A DNA stretch of 64,000 nucleotides from an uncultured Atribacterota bacterium (GCA_964433555.1 CAYSRG010000007.1:7422-71421); one strand, 5' to 3'. Positions 1 through 11,870 are shown, numbered from the stretch's first letter. A program made the numbers and translations. Notes: a model not told the origin generated them from the sequence alone.

Positions 1-1137
1 CGAAGACAAACATTTTACTCGACCTGACCTTTCATAGAAGCTAGCAATCCTCGTTCCTAAGTAGGCAGGATATCCTTCTTCTCCCGGCATCTCTTCCAAC
101 CTACCAGAAATTTCACGCATTGCTTCAGCCCATCTTGATGTGGAATCAGCCATTAAAGCAACATTATATCCCATATCTCGATAATACTCTGCAATAGTGA
201 TACCTGTATATACTGATGCTTCTCTAGCTGCAACAGGCATATTAGAAGTATTAGCAATCAAGACCGTTCTTTCCATTAATGGTTTACCTGAATTAGGATC
301 AATTAGCTCAGGAAATTCAAGTAAAACATCGGTCATTTCATTTCCTCTTTCTCCACAACCAATAAAGACTATTATCTCAGCATTACACCATTTAGAAAGT
401 TGGTGTTGTACAACAGTTTTCCCACTACCGAACGGACCAGGAATACAAGCAGTACCACCCTTGGCAATAGTAAAGAATGTATCAATAACTCTTTGACCGG
501 TAATCAATGGTTCTTTGGGAGGTAATTTTTCTTTATAAGGACGAATTTGTCTTACCGGCCATTTTTGTAGCATTTGAACTTCACGAAGATTTCCATTTTT
601 ATCTTTAATCTTAGCAATAGTATCACTCACGCTATAACTACCTTCGTTGATACTTTCAATTATCCCTTCCATCCCAATAGGAACCATAATATAATGAGAA
701 ACTATAGAAGTTTCCTGAATAACACCTAATCGATCCCCTGAAGTAACTTGGTCCCCTTTCTTTTTTAATGGTTTAAAATCCCATTTGGTTGATCTATTCA
801 AACTGTGAGCTTCTACTCCTCTGGCAATAAAAGCCCCTTCATGTTGAAATATTATATCTAATGGTCTTTGGATTCCATCATAAATTGATTTAACGAGACC
901 AGGACCTAATTCTACGCTTAGGGGTAAACCAGTAGTATAAACAGGTTCTCCAGGGCCGATACCAGATGTTTCTTCATATACCTGAATAGTTGCTCTATTT
1001 CTATTTAATTCAATTATTTCTCCAATCAATTTATTTTCACTAACCCTTACCACATCATACATTTTAGCTCCTAATAAATTTTCAACAATTACAACCGGTC
1101 CTGATACTTTTACAATTTTGCCTGTATTTTCTTGCAT
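1..1137 (-). CDS. ntpA: A/V-type ATP synthase catalytic subunit A (partial, C-terminus beyond window start)
   Basis: Minus-strand translation starting at the ATG at 1137: [21 protein letters not shown]..., Walker [22 protein letters not shown] motif. Lies downstream of subunit F as in ntpFIKECGAB-type operons. Confidence 0.9.
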   Translation of the reverse strand, partial: MQENTGKIVKVSGPVVIVENLLGAKMYDVVRVSENKLIGEIIELNRNRATIQVYEETSGIGPGEPVYTTGLPLSVELGPGLVKSIYDGIQRPLDIIFQHEGAFIARGVEAHSLNRSTKWDFKPLKKKGDQVTSGDRLGVIQETSIVSHYIMVPIGMEGIIESINEGSYSVSDTIAKIKDKNGNLREVQMLQKWPVRQIRPYKEKLPPKEPLITGQRVIDTFFTIAKGGTACIPGPFGSGKTVVQHQLSKWCNAEIIVFIGCGERGNEMTDVLLEFPELIDPNSGKPLMERTVLIANTSNMPVAAREASVYTGITIAEYYRDMGYNVALMADSTSRWAEAMREISGRLEEMPGEEGYPAYLGTRIASFYERSGRVKCLSS

Positions 1138-1139
1138 TC

Positions 1140-1469
1140 TTATCCCTCTTTTCTAAACAATATATCTGTACCAACTGCTTTTTCTACATTCTTTCTTAAC
1201 ATTTTTATACTGAGCTCAGAATCTTTTATACGATTTGGGAGGATACAAATTGAAATCGGTGATATTTTTTGACATTGTTCAATTTCATCAATAACCAAAT
1301 GGGCAATATTATCAGTGATAAATACTATCTTATAATCACCATAACAGCATTTTTCTAAAGCTTCTTTAGTCTCAGCCAGATCAGTTACTGGAAATAGTTG
1401 AAATCCAATGAGGTTATAACCAATAATAATCTCTTTTTCTCCAATTATTGCTATATTAGACATAAGCAT
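1140..1469 (-). CDS. ntpF: A/V-type ATP synthase subunit F
   Basis: About 110 aa with [23 protein letters not shown], typical of V-ATPase F. The track ORF extends to 1520 but an internal Met start avoids a large overlap with subunit C. Confidence 0.7.
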   Translation of the reverse strand: MLMSNIAIIGEKEIIIGYNLIGFQLFPVTDLAETKEALEKCCYGDYKIVFITDNIAHLVIDEIEQCQKISPISICILPNRIKDSELSIKMLRKNVEKAVGTDILFRKEG

Positions 1470-2508
1470 CCCTAACGTATTTTTTAATACTATCATTTGG
1501 TAAAGAATATCTCTTACCATTGATAATCATTCTAATATTTTTTATGTCATTTTCTTTAGCATAATAATAAGCAATTATACTTTCCAGTCCAAAAGTAGTG
1601 TATTTACCTATTTTGAGTAAGCTTAATAGATAATTGTCACTTAACTGTTCAAGCTTTAATAATGAATTATTTTCTAACCAGTATTTAATTCCTTCTTCAA
1701 CTATGGTAGAATATTCTGTTTTTTGGAAATCATTTGACCAGGTATGTAGAGAATTATCATAAATATCAATTATTTTTTGAATTGGAAAATAGCCATATTT
1801 TACTAATATCTCGGATAATTTTGATTTTCTAATGCCTCTTATTTTGCAACGACATGCAATACTTAAATTTATTAAATCAATTTCAGTTTTATATAAGTAA
1901 AATAAAAAGGGATTGTTAATTTCTTCCAATTGATCAAAGATAATCTCATAGTAGCCTTGATCTAATATTATTTCCATTAATTGCAAATTTTCTGATTTTA
2001 TGTATTCAGCTTCTGATTGTTTAATAATCCTTTCAATTTTAACTGGCACTAACTGGTATTTCCCTTCAAAAACAGCGGCGAATAATCCATTTGAACTTAT
2101 ATTCCCCATACCATTGTATATAGGGTAAGGTTCCTTTTTATTGAGTGCTTTTGCTTTTAACAGGACTTTTAAATTATGAAAATCATATTTCCATCTAAAT
2201 AGGTGCAAAAAGTATGGATATGGTGAAATTTCATTAATTATATTTAAAGTTACTTTTAAAGTATTTGTTAATACTTTATCAATATAATGAGAGTCAGTAT
2301 TTTCAAAAGAGTATTCACTCAAGTTATTTTCAATTAATACTTTAAGGGCATTTTCTAAATCAGGAGCCCCAATCATTTTGTTAATAATTTCTTTGTTTAA
2401 TAAGTGTTTTTCCAGTTCTCTAATGCGAGCACAGGCATATCCATATTCTTCCTGTGTATTAGTAGTTTCATTGATATACTTGAGCATACTAACCCTCATT
2501 CTTAGCAA
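1456..2508 (-). CDS. ntpC: A/V-type ATP synthase subunit C (d-like)
   Basis: 350 aa, N-terminal EEYGYACARIRELEKHLL motif characteristic of V-type subunit C. Operon context. Confidence 0.75.
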   Translation of the reverse strand: MLRMRVSMLKYINETTNTQEEYGYACARIRELEKHLLNKEIINKMIGAPDLENALKVLIENNLSEYSFENTDSHYIDKVLTNTLKVTLNIINEISPYPYFLHLFRWKYDFHNLKVLLKAKALNKKEPYPIYNGMGNISSNGLFAAVFEGKYQLVPVKIERIIKQSEAEYIKSENLQLMEIILDQGYYEIIFDQLEEINNPFLFYLYKTEIDLINLSIACRCKIRGIRKSKLSEILVKYGYFPIQKIIDIYDNSLHTWSNDFQKTEYSTIVEEGIKYWLENNSLLKLEQLSDNYLLSLLKIGKYTTFGLESIIAYYYAKENDIKNIRMIINGKRYSLPNDSIKKYVRDAYV

Positions 2509-3097
2509 ATAGAAGTTGGTTAAGCTGTGTTTCTATTTCATCCTTAATCTTTTCTAGAATGACTTCTAAAGAAGCATTTTTTTTAATATCTCCAGCACCT
2601 AGTACTACACCACCCTTAATAGGAAGGCGATCTTTAGAAAGTTTCAATTCACCTTTTTTACCTTGTGTTTTTAATTTTTTATTAATTTTAATGATGAATT
2701 CTTGGTTAATTGATTGTCGTTCTTGATTTCCAATATATACAGTTTCATCTCCTATTTCTACGTTTTCCAAAATAAATTTTTCCATTAAAACTAAGTATTC
2801 ATTATCTTCTAATTTAATTATTCTATTTATTGCTTCTGAGAAGATATCATCAATGATTGCTTGTTTTTCCACGAGAATATCTTTGTTCGCATTCAATTTA
2901 GCTTCTGTAATAATTTTTTTCTCATTAAGTTCAGCTTCTTGGTTATATCTTTCCAAGATTTCTTTTTGAATGGAATCAATTTCTTTTTTAGCTAAGCTTT
3001 TTATATTTTCTCTTTTTACTTCGGTATCTTTAAATATTTTTTCTTTTTCTTCTAAAGCATCTTGTAATATCTTCTCTTTTATTTCTTTTATTGACAT
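2489..3097 (-). CDS. ntpE: A/V-type ATP synthase subunit E
   Basis: 202 aa charged coiled-coil protein with a C-terminal globular part (GGVVLGAGDIKKNASLEVIL). Position between K and C. Confidence 0.7.
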   Translation of the reverse strand: MSIKEIKEKILQDALEEKEKIFKDTEVKRENIKSLAKKEIDSIQKEILERYNQEAELNEKKIITEAKLNANKDILVEKQAIIDDIFSEAINRIIKLEDNEYLVLMEKFILENVEIGDETVYIGNQERQSINQEFIIKINKKLKTQGKKGELKLSKDRLPIKGGVVLGAGDIKKNASLEVILEKIKDEIETQLNQLLFAKNEG

Positions 3098-3118
3098 AAG
3101 TAAAAATCTCCTCAGATA

Positions 3119-3595
<477 letters not shown>

Positions 3596-3664
3596 TCATA
3601 TCCCCCTTTATACTTTACATTTTATTTATCTTTACTCTTAATTTTATTAAAATTAGATTTAAAA

Positions 3665-5656
3665 TTATTTATTAACATCTTCAACCTTAACATATTTAGT
3701 TTTAAGAGCGAATGGCTTGAAAGGTATTCCTCCTGCTTGATAAAATTTAGTAAAAAATTCAACATATTGCAGTCTTGCATCATGGATAAAGGCACTTAAT
3801 CCGCTAATTAATAGATTAAAGGTATGTCCTATTATTAGTATTATTATAGTTAGTAAAAAACCTATATAAGGAATATTGACCATAGTAGAAAGCATATTAA
3901 ACATCTGGGCAATAATTCCAGTAGCCAATCCAAGTGCGAATAATCGGGAATAAGAAAGGACATCACTAAAATAACCGGTAATATCATATAGAGCAAGGAC
4001 TCCACTGCCAATTCTTAATAAAATATTTTTTTTAGTTCTTCCCTGGGTTAAAACAATAGTTAGAATACCAATTAATGCAATAATCCAGGAAATATTCCCT
4101 ATAATGGAGGGCATTATGCCTTTTAATAGGACTAAAAGTATACCGGTTAACAGAAATAACCAGGATACCTGGTCCATCAATCCATCATATAATTTGCCAC
4201 TTCTTATATTAATAATAAACTTTAAAATTATTCCTATGTAAACCTGTATTACTCCCAGAGTAAGACTCAATATTAATAGAGGAAGTGGATTATCCGCTGG
4301 TTCAAACAAGGCAAGTTTTTGGATTAGAACATTCCTTAAATTGGTAAACATTGGTGGTAAATAATTTAAAATATCTCCGAACCAGCTACCCACAAGGATT
4401 CCTCCAAAAATACCCGATATACCGCAATAATAAAGCAATTTAAAAAACTTGGTTGGTCCTTCTCCTAATTTTATTTTTTTTATGGCTATGTGACTTATTA
4501 GTGCCATAGAAGCACCATATCCTACATCAGAAAGACAAAGCCCAAAGAAAACAAAATAAAATATGGAAAGAATTGGAGTTGGATCTATTTCATAGTAATT
4601 TGGTAAGCTATAAAGTTCAGTAATTATTTCAAACGGTTTTACCAGATTATTATTGTTTAGAGCAACTGGAATTTGTTCATCTTTTTTTGGTTTTGTAAAA
4701 TCAATTTCATATTCATTATAATTTTTTTCTAATCTTTGTTTTAATTTAGGTATATCCTTATTTTGTATCCATCCTCTAATAGCAATAATTTTTTCACTCT
4801 TCTTTAAATATTTTTTAGCTTCCTCTTTTTCATGTTTGATAGAGAGATAATCATATAAGGGATAAATAAGTTGATTGTCTTGGTGTAATTTAATTAAGGT
4901 TTGTGCAATCTCACTTCTTCTTTTATCAATTAATATTAGTTGCTCGGAAATTGTTTTAAGTATTTGTTTAGGGGTACCGGTAAAGGAATAACTGTATTTA
5001 TATATTTCAAAATGATATTTTTGAAGAATAGAATCAATGTTAGGCTGATTTTCTTTTAAGGTAATAATTATAATGTTTAATTTATTCTTTTCTTCTTTGA
5101 TTGTTTGAATAATAGTTGTTTTAACAAGGTGTTCTATATCAAACACTAGATTATTAAAATATTTTTTTGTTATGAAGCCAAGTATATATTTAATATATTT
5201 TCTTTTATCAATTTCATTAAAATCTAATTCTAAATCTTGCCATTTTTCTATTTCTTGTTTAGCGGTAATCAATTTATTCTCTTGTAATTTAATTTGACTA
5301 AGTTCATTATCCAATTCTTTACATTGTGTAAACAATTTTTCATAGTCAAACTGTTGTGAAATTTTTACCAGCTCATTATAGCTATAAGATTTTTTTGATG
5401 AAAATAGTGAATTTAATCTCCTTCTCTTTTCACTTCCATAACTTGAAAGTAGCTCAATGCAGAATTTTATATTATTTAATTTTACTGTAGTACCACTTTT
5501 GGTATCTTCTTCAATATCTTTCCAATTATGAAATTCTGCCTTTTCCTCAATACGAGAAATTTCTACACAACCTAATTTTTGCAATTCGCTAAGTATAGGT
5601 TCTTTTATTGATAGATGAGCAAAAATATGAAATTTGCTTACTGCAGATATAGCCAT
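3665..5656 (-). CDS. ntpI: A/V-type ATP synthase subunit I (a-like stator)
   Basis: 663 aa with an N-terminal cytoplasmic coiled-coil domain and a C-terminal polytopic membrane domain. Operon position. Confidence 0.85.
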   Translation of the reverse strand: MAISAVSKFHIFAHLSIKEPILSELQKLGCVEISRIEEKAEFHNWKDIEEDTKSGTTVKLNNIKFCIELLSSYGSEKRRRLNSLFSSKKSYSYNELVKISQQFDYEKLFTQCKELDNELSQIKLQENKLITAKQEIEKWQDLELDFNEIDKRKYIKYILGFITKKYFNNLVFDIEHLVKTTIIQTIKEEKNKLNIIIITLKENQPNIDSILQKYHFEIYKYSYSFTGTPKQILKTISEQLILIDKRRSEIAQTLIKLHQDNQLIYPLYDYLSIKHEKEEAKKYLKKSEKIIAIRGWIQNKDIPKLKQRLEKNYNEYEIDFTKPKKDEQIPVALNNNNLVKPFEIITELYSLPNYYEIDPTPILSIFYFVFFGLCLSDVGYGASMALISHIAIKKIKLGEGPTKFFKLLYYCGISGIFGGILVGSWFGDILNYLPPMFTNLRNVLIQKLALFEPADNPLPLLILSLTLGVIQVYIGIILKFIINIRSGKLYDGLMDQVSWLFLLTGILLVLLKGIMPSIIGNISWIIALIGILTIVLTQGRTKKNILLRIGSGVLALYDITGYFSDVLSYSRLFALGLATGIIAQMFNMLSTMVNIPYIGFLLTIIILIIGHTFNLLISGLSAFIHDARLQYVEFFTKFYQAGGIPFKPFALKTKYVKVEDVNK

Positions 5657-5658
5657 GC

Positions 5659-5985
5659 CTATTTCACCATCTGTTTTAAGACCATTTCTATGGCTTGGTC
5701 ATATTTATTTATTATATCTTCTTTAATTTTTACCTTTTCTTTTTTACTATTTTCATATATTTCTCTAGATTTCTTGTGAGCACCATTGATTCTTTCCTTC
5801 ACCATATCTTGACCTTTTTTATGTAAATCAGAAATTATTTTTTCTTTATTTTCATTCTGCTTATTTATTTCCTCTTGAATCATTTTTTGGGCTTCTTTTT
5901 GGGTATTTATAATTATTCTTTCAGCTTCATTTTCCACATCTGTTAATTCTTTTACTATTTTTTTTAACATGAGGTATTTCTCCAA
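5659..5985 (-). CDS. ntpG: A/V-type ATP synthase subunit G/H (peripheral stalk)
   Basis: 108 aa highly charged helical protein that opens the operon, immediately upstream of subunit I. Confidence 0.55.
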   Translation of the reverse strand: MEKYLMLKKIVKELTDVENEAERIIINTQKEAQKMIQEEINKQNENKEKIISDLHKKGQDMVKERINGAHKKSREIYENSKKEKVKIKEDIINKYDQAIEMVLKQMVK

Positions 5986-6174
5986 AAGTAATTTATTTTT
6001 CTCACATCATAGCTACAATCTAAAACAATATTATAAAAATTTCTCTTAATATAGAAGTTGTTAAGTATTTTTATTTAGAAAGTCACATGCAGTTTAAAAT
6101 TTACCATAAATTGTTTTTAAAGTCAATTTTCACAATTGAAAATAGCTTGAGCTATCTTAGTAGTAAGGAATTTA

Positions 6175-6801
6175 TTAAGATTTTAGCTGTTTAACAATGT
6201 CTAAATACATTTGCAACCTTTTTTTAGTTCCTTCAATAATTCCATATTTTTCTTCTTTTATAATCTGGCTTAAATTGGTTAGTTTTATTTTATCTACTCT
6301 ATAGCGATATTTTTTTACTGTTTTAGTAATAGCAATTTCTAAACCATATTTTAATAAATCCAGGTCAGGAATAAGGTCTATTATTTCCCTTTTCATAGCT
6401 CTCTGGCCTGAAAGGTAGGGCATTATAAATTGAGATAGGTCTGTTAATAGTCTTCCCTTACTAAAAATACCAATAGTCATGTCAGCCAAATTACCTATAA
6501 TTGGATTAACCAGAGCATAAATATGCCGTGTTTTTAAACCAATTAAATCAGCATCTAAAAATAATAATATTTCGGAATCAGTTTGGTCAAAACCCTTCTT
6601 AATAGCACCACCCTTACCGACATTTCTTTCTATTTCATAAACGTTAACCTCTAAAGAAGTAGCAATTTTAACTGTTTGGTCAGTAGAACCGTCACTTACT
6701 ACTATAATGGAATTAATTTCTGGCACCTTCTTTACTGTTTTAATTACATTAGCAATAGTACCTTCTTCATTATAAGCAGGTATTATAACAGAAATTTTCA
6801 T
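6175..6801 (-). CDS. Glycosyltransferase family 2 protein (soluble, GpgS/DPM-synthase-like)
   Basis: Starts MKISVIIPAYNEEGTI and has the ...DGSTDQT...FLDADL (DxD) GT-A signature. 208 aa with no TM segment. Confidence 0.6.
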   Translation of the reverse strand: MKISVIIPAYNEEGTIANVIKTVKKVPEINSIIVVSDGSTDQTVKIATSLEVNVYEIERNVGKGGAIKKGFDQTDSEILLFLDADLIGLKTRHIYALVNPIIGNLADMTIGIFSKGRLLTDLSQFIMPYLSGQRAMKREIIDLIPDLDLLKYGLEIAITKTVKKYRYRVDKIKLTNLSQIIKEEKYGIIEGTKKRLQMYLDIVKQLKS

Positions 6802-6889
6802 TTACTATACTATCCTCTTTGGTAATTTTCATATTATTGTTTTATAAAAAGGATTTAAATATTCGGGAAAAACACAAAAGTCGATTTTT

Positions 6890-7993
6890 CTATCCTGACA
6901 TAGATCTTATCTCCTGATCTAAAACCTCGATAACCTCTTTTTTATTATATCGTCCAATCAATTTTCCTTTTTTAAAAAGCATTGCCTCTTTGTTATTAAA
7001 AGCAATTCCTACATCAGCCATTTTTGCTTCACCTGGTCCATTTACTATGCAACCCATGATGGCAACCGTGAAAGGATATTTTATATCACTCAAGATAGAT
7101 TCTAGTTTCTTAGCAATTTTATATATATCGACTTGACATCTTCCACAGGTGGGACAGGTTATTAAGTTGATGCCCATTTTTTTTATTTCTAATGCTCGTA
7201 ATATATCATGACCTACCAGAACTTCTTTTACTGGATCTCCGGTTAAAGAAACCCTAATAGTATCTCCAATTCCTTCATATAATAATATACTTATTCCTAC
7301 TGCTGATTTGATGACGCCTGATTGATCAAATCCAGCTTCGGTAATACCGATATGTAAAGGATAATCACAATTTTGAGCAATAATTTTATTAGCTTTTATG
7401 GTGTCGATAACGTTACTTGATTTAATAGAAATAACAAAATTTTGATATTCTATTTTTTTTAAGAAGGCAATTAACTGTTCAGCTTCTTCTACCAAAGCCA
7501 AATAGCTTGGTTCCTTATACTTTTCCATAATGCTTTTATCCAGAGATCCTGCATTAATTCCAAAACGAACCATAATATTTTTCTTTTGAGCTTCTTCTAT
7601 AACCTGAATTATTTCAGATTCTTTTTTTATATTACCAGGATTTATTCGAATGCCATCAATATTATATTTAATAGCCTCCAGTGCTATTAGATAATTAAAA
7701 TGTACATCAGCCATGATAGGTACTCTCGTCTTATTCTTTATTACTGGTATTAGCCCACATGATTGGATATCTGGGAAAGCAATCCTGATTAGATCACATC
7801 CTGATGATTCCAATTGTCTAATTTGTTCTGAAGTAGATTTGATATCTTTAATATCACAGCTAGTCATTGATTGAACAGAAATGGGATGACAACCACCAAT
7901 TTGTAATGTACCTATCTTTGCAGTTTTACTTTTTCTTCTCTTAATATTAATTAAATCGGGCATATTAGACATACTATCAAAATGTACCTTCAT
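6890..7993 (-). CDS. ispG: 4-hydroxy-3-methylbut-2-en-1-yl diphosphate synthase (flavodoxin)
   Basis: GcpE family. [4Fe-4S] cysteine motif CPTCGRC. 367 aa. Confidence 0.9.
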   Translation of the reverse strand: MKVHFDSMSNMPDLINIKRRKSKTAKIGTLQIGGCHPISVQSMTSCDIKDIKSTSEQIRQLESSGCDLIRIAFPDIQSCGLIPVIKNKTRVPIMADVHFNYLIALEAIKYNIDGIRINPGNIKKESEIIQVIEEAQKKNIMVRFGINAGSLDKSIMEKYKEPSYLALVEEAEQLIAFLKKIEYQNFVISIKSSNVIDTIKANKIIAQNCDYPLHIGITEAGFDQSGVIKSAVGISILLYEGIGDTIRVSLTGDPVKEVLVGHDILRALEIKKMGINLITCPTCGRCQVDIYKIAKKLESILSDIKYPFTVAIMGCIVNGPGEAKMADVGIAFNNKEAMLFKKGKLIGRYNKKEVIEVLDQEIRSMSG

Positions 7994-9072
7994 TGAACAA
8001 ATATTCTTAAAATATCCTGATAAGTAGCGATTATAAAAATCATAATAATCAATGCAATTCCAATAATATATAGAAAATTAATATGTTCTGGTTGCATTGG
8101 TTTACCTCTTATTTTTTCAATTATTAATAAAAGAATTTGGCCGCCATCCAGAATGGGAATAGGGAAAAGGTTGATAATTCCTAAAAATATATTAATTACT
8201 GCAGTAAAAAATAGTAAGTTTAAGAAGCCAAATTGCGCCGCTTCTCCAGCCATTTGAGCAATACCCAATGGACCAGCGAGTTCAATGGGTACCTTACCGG
8301 TAAACATTTCTAAAAATCCTTTTATAATTAAACAAAATATTTCTCCAGTGGTAACAATCGACTTTTTAATAGATTGTAAAATTGATGATTTCTTTACTTT
8401 AAGCTCCAGGGTTATCCCTATCAGGGCTCTCTCTAATTCATCATTGTATTCTGGAATAAGACTGGTTTCAAAAATATTATTATTTCGCGATATTTTTAAA
8501 GAAATAATAATATCTCGATTGTTATTTATTATTTTAGTAATATCTTCGGCATTCTCTATAGTTATTGAGTTAATAGCGATAATTTGGTCCCCCTTTTGAA
8601 GTCCGGATTCTTCAGCTGGTGTCCCAGGAGTAACTTCTGCAATAGTGTTTGATATTGTTGCTATGCCAGAAAAGAAAAAGACCAGCATTAATAAGCATAT
8701 AGCTAAAATCACATTCATTACGGGACCATTCATTATAACAGATGTTCTAATTAAAAATGATTTTTTATCAAATCTTTGATTTTCAGGAACATATTCCTCT
8801 GGACCTCTTGTCTCAATGTCATTATCTATTTCATTTTGTGTCCCTTCTCCGGCCATCTTCACATAACCACCGAAAGGAAATAAACATAATATATATTCAG
8901 TTCCCTTCCATGATATGCCGGCAATTTTAGGACCAAAACCTAAAGAAAATTTAAATACTTTTATACCTGATATTTTCGCTATAATAAAATGTCCGAATTC
9001 ATGAAATAAAATAGCTATGCCTAGTACAAATATAAAAGCAAAAAAAGTTATCAATTTATATTCTCCTTGCAT
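7990..9072 (-). CDS. rseP: RIP metalloprotease RseP (site-2 protease, M50 with PDZ)
   Basis: HEFGHFIIAK zinc motif, PDZ region, LDGG motif (PIPILDGGQ). Conserved position after dxr. Confidence 0.85.
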   Translation of the reverse strand: MQGEYKLITFFAFIFVLGIAILFHEFGHFIIAKISGIKVFKFSLGFGPKIAGISWKGTEYILCLFPFGGYVKMAGEGTQNEIDNDIETRGPEEYVPENQRFDKKSFLIRTSVIMNGPVMNVILAICLLMLVFFFSGIATISNTIAEVTPGTPAEESGLQKGDQIIAINSITIENAEDITKIINNNRDIIISLKISRNNNIFETSLIPEYNDELERALIGITLELKVKKSSILQSIKKSIVTTGEIFCLIIKGFLEMFTGKVPIELAGPLGIAQMAGEAAQFGFLNLLFFTAVINIFLGIINLFPIPILDGGQILLLIIEKIRGKPMQPEHINFLYIIGIALIIMIFIIATYQDILRIFVQ

Positions 9073-10217
9073 ATTTTTTCAGTTAGCTTTCTAGTTTCAC
9101 GATCTTGATAGATAATATCGTGAATATTGGGATTAGATTGATTTTGGTGATTTTTCATCACCATTGAAACAACTTTAACAATGTCTTTAAATCTCAATCC
9201 TTGATTTAAAAAAGCATTGACAGCTACCTCATTTGCTGCATTTAATACAACTGGTAAAGTACCACCCTGTCGAATTGCTTCATAGCATAATTCAATGCTA
9301 GGAAATCTTTTTGAGTCAAGTTTTTTGAAGGTTAATTGCCCAATTTTTGCTAGATTAATTCGAGGTAGAGTATTTTTTATTCTAACAGGATAATGTAAAG
9401 CAAAATGTATTGGAATCCTCATATCATGATTACTCAATTGAGCAATCATACTGCCGTCATCATATTGGACCAGGGAGTGAATATAGCTTTGAGGGTGTAT
9501 TAAAACTTCTATTTTATTTAAGGGGACATTAAAGAGCCAGTAAGCTTCTATTACCTCTAAACCCTTATTCATTAATGTAGCTGAATCTATGGACACTTTT
9601 TTACCCATTTGCCAATTGGGATGATTTAAGGCTTCCTCTATAGAGATATTTTCTAATGCACTTTCTTTTAAATGATAAAATGGTCCGCCGGAGGCAGTAA
9701 TAATTACTTTTTCTATATTTTCATAAAAATCAGGCATAATGCATTGGAAAATAGCACTATGTTCACTGTCGATGGGAATTATTTTTATATTATTTTCTTT
9801 TGCTTTTTTCATTATTATTTCGCCCGCAGATACAATGATTTCTTTATTAGCCAGACAGATTTGCTTTTTTGCATTGATAGCCTCTATAGTTGGTTTTAAT
9901 GCTGCCATACCTGTAATTGCTACTACAATCAAATCGACATCTGGCAATGTAGATATTTTAGTAAGTCCATATTCGCCATATAATATATGGCAACTTATTT
10001 TATTGTTTAATCTGTTTATTAGCTCTTTTGCTATTTTATCATCTCTGACTACTGCATATTTTGGTTTAAAATTTATAATTTGCTCTTTCAATAATTCCAA
10101 ATTTCTCCAGGCAGATAATGCAAAAACTTCAAAATTTTCTGGTTCATTTTGGATTACCTGTAAGGTTTGTGTTCCTATTGAACCAGTTGAACCTAAGATT
10201 GTTATTTGTTTTTTCAT
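9051..10217 (-). CDS. dxr: 1-deoxy-D-xylulose 5-phosphate reductoisomerase
   Basis: N-terminal ILGSTGSIGTQTL NADPH-binding motif. 388 aa. cdsA-dxr-rseP synteny. Confidence 0.9.
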   Translation of the reverse strand: MKKQITILGSTGSIGTQTLQVIQNEPENFEVFALSAWRNLELLKEQIINFKPKYAVVRDDKIAKELINRLNNKISCHILYGEYGLTKISTLPDVDLIVVAITGMAALKPTIEAINAKKQICLANKEIIVSAGEIIMKKAKENNIKIIPIDSEHSAIFQCIMPDFYENIEKVIITASGGPFYHLKESALENISIEEALNHPNWQMGKKVSIDSATLMNKGLEVIEAYWLFNVPLNKIEVLIHPQSYIHSLVQYDDGSMIAQLSNHDMRIPIHFALHYPVRIKNTLPRINLAKIGQLTFKKLDSKRFPSIELCYEAIRQGGTLPVVLNAANEVAVNAFLNQGLRFKDIVKVVSMVMKNHQNQSNPNIHDIIYQDRETRKLTEKICKENIN

Positions 10218-10252
10218 AATAATAGTATTTTCTCCAGTATTTCATAAAAATA

Positions 10253-11059
10253 TTATAATACAATTTGAAAGGTATAATATAGAATTGGAATAGCAAATAA
10301 AATACTGTCCATACAGTCTAAGATACCTCCATGTCCGGGTAGTAATGTACCAGAATCTTTTACTCCAAAATTTCTTTTAATTAAAGACTCAAATAGATCT
10401 CCAATTTGGCCGGCAATTGCCGCAATAAGCCCCAAGATAAGTAATGTATATATTCTTAACGGAAGTATAGAGTAAAAAGCTAAAGCACACATGCCCCCAC
10501 TTAAGAAGCCACCTATTGCACCTTCTAAGGTTTTGTTGGGACTAAGATATGGGAAAGGATGTTTTTTCCCAAAATTAATTCCAACTAGATAAGCAAAAAT
10601 ATCACTTATCCAAGTGCAAAATAAGGAAAAAGTTAATAATACTTTACCATTTGTGAGTCCCCTAATTTCTATAAAGAATGATAATAGATGACCTATATAT
10701 AATGCCATAAATATAGTTAGTGTAATATTTAAAATACTACGTTTATGAGGCTTTATAAAAAAATGTTCCAAAATAATTAAAAAAAACAGCAGTGTAAAAA
10801 TTAACTTAACATTACTAAATAATTCCGATATGTTTTTTAGAAATAAAAAAAATATTGTAAGAGTTACACCTAGTATTAAAGAAGGTTGATATTCTTGATG
10901 TTTTATTATATGCCACAGCTCCCAAAAAGCTAATATAGCAATTAAAATTATAGTCGAATAATATAATATTCCACCAAAGTGAATTGTTAATAATATTATA
11001 GGTAGACCAAGAACAATAGTAAGAATTCGAGCACTTATTTTCTCAAACTTTTCCCCCAA
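10253..11059 (-). CDS. cdsA: Phosphatidate cytidylyltransferase
   Basis: 268 aa polytopic membrane protein. C-terminal CTP-transferase signature (GKTLEGAIGG...DSGTLLPGHGGILD). TTG start. Confidence 0.85.
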   Translation of the reverse strand: MGEKFEKISARILTIVLGLPIILLTIHFGGILYYSTIILIAILAFWELWHIIKHQEYQPSLILGVTLTIFFLFLKNISELFSNVKLIFTLLFFLIILEHFFIKPHKRSILNITLTIFMALYIGHLLSFFIEIRGLTNGKVLLTFSLFCTWISDIFAYLVGINFGKKHPFPYLSPNKTLEGAIGGFLSGGMCALAFYSILPLRIYTLLILGLIAAIAGQIGDLFESLIKRNFGVKDSGTLLPGHGGILDCMDSILFAIPILYYTFQIVL

Positions 11060-11786
11060 ATTTTCTCACCCTTTTTTCATAGTCACTTAGTGCTTTCCAT
11101 AATTGTTTTTTTGAAAAATCTGGCCAGAAAGTCTTTGTAAACCACAATTCGGTATAAGCAATTTGCCACAGAAGAAAATTGCTAATCCTTAGCTCCCCTC
11201 CTGTTCTAATTAATAAATCAGGATCAGGTACTCTCGAAGTAAAGAGGTGTCCATTAATAAGATTCTGGTTTATCTGTGATGGATCTATTTTCCTCTGGAG
11301 AATTTTTTCAGAAATTAATTTAAAAGCATGGCACAATTCTGATCTTCCACCATAGTTAATGGCGATATTGAGTAATAATTTTTTATTTCTTTTAGTTTTT
11401 TCTTCGATATTTTCCATAGCTAATTTAAGGGGCATAGGCAAATTGTCCCTATGTCCAATAAATCTAACTCTAATATTATTTTCCAATAAACTCATTTTTT
11501 CTTTTTCGATCATTTCTTGAAACAGAGTCATTAGTGAGGATATTTCTTGTTTTGGTCTTTTCCAATTTTCGGTAGAAAAAGCAAATAATGTTAAAATACC
11601 TATACCAGCTTTAATTGATTCAGCAATTACCATTCTTACAGTTTTAATGCCAGCTTTATGCCCAGCGAAACGTGGCAAATTGCGTTTCTTTGCCCATCTA
11701 CCATTTCCATCCATTATAATGGATAAATGATTTGGAATTATCGTGAGCTTTGTTATATTTAAATAATTCTTATTATTTTTTAACAT
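11043..11786 (-). CDS. uppS: Isoprenyl transferase (undecaprenyl diphosphate synthase)
   Basis: IIMDGNGRWA motif, cis-prenyltransferase family. 247 aa. Confidence 0.9.
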   Translation of the reverse strand: MLKNNKNYLNITKLTIIPNHLSIIMDGNGRWAKKRNLPRFAGHKAGIKTVRMVIAESIKAGIGILTLFAFSTENWKRPKQEISSLMTLFQEMIEKEKMSLLENNIRVRFIGHRDNLPMPLKLAMENIEEKTKRNKKLLLNIAINYGGRSELCHAFKLISEKILQRKIDPSQINQNLINGHLFTSRVPDPDLLIRTGGELRISNFLLWQIAYTELWFTKTFWPDFSKKQLWKALSDYEKRVRKFGGKV

Positions 11787-11816
11787 GCATTATACTTGCC
11801 TTTTCTTATAAAAAAA

Positions 11817-11870
11817 CCCCCATTGTTAAAAAAACGATTAATACATTCTATTTATATAATAATCTGGGGG
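11817..11870 (-). terminator. CCCCCA...TGGGGG stem followed by U7 on the minus strand, between frr and uppS. Candidate terminator
   Basis: 6-bp GC-rich stem with a long (about 40 nt) loop, then UUUUUUU in the minus sense. About 90 nt downstream of the frr stop. Confidence 0.35.

Noticed and set aside
197-496. 99-aa plus-strand ORF
   Set aside because: It lies entirely antisense within the well-conserved ntpA coding sequence (Walker A region), so it is a spurious shadow ORF.
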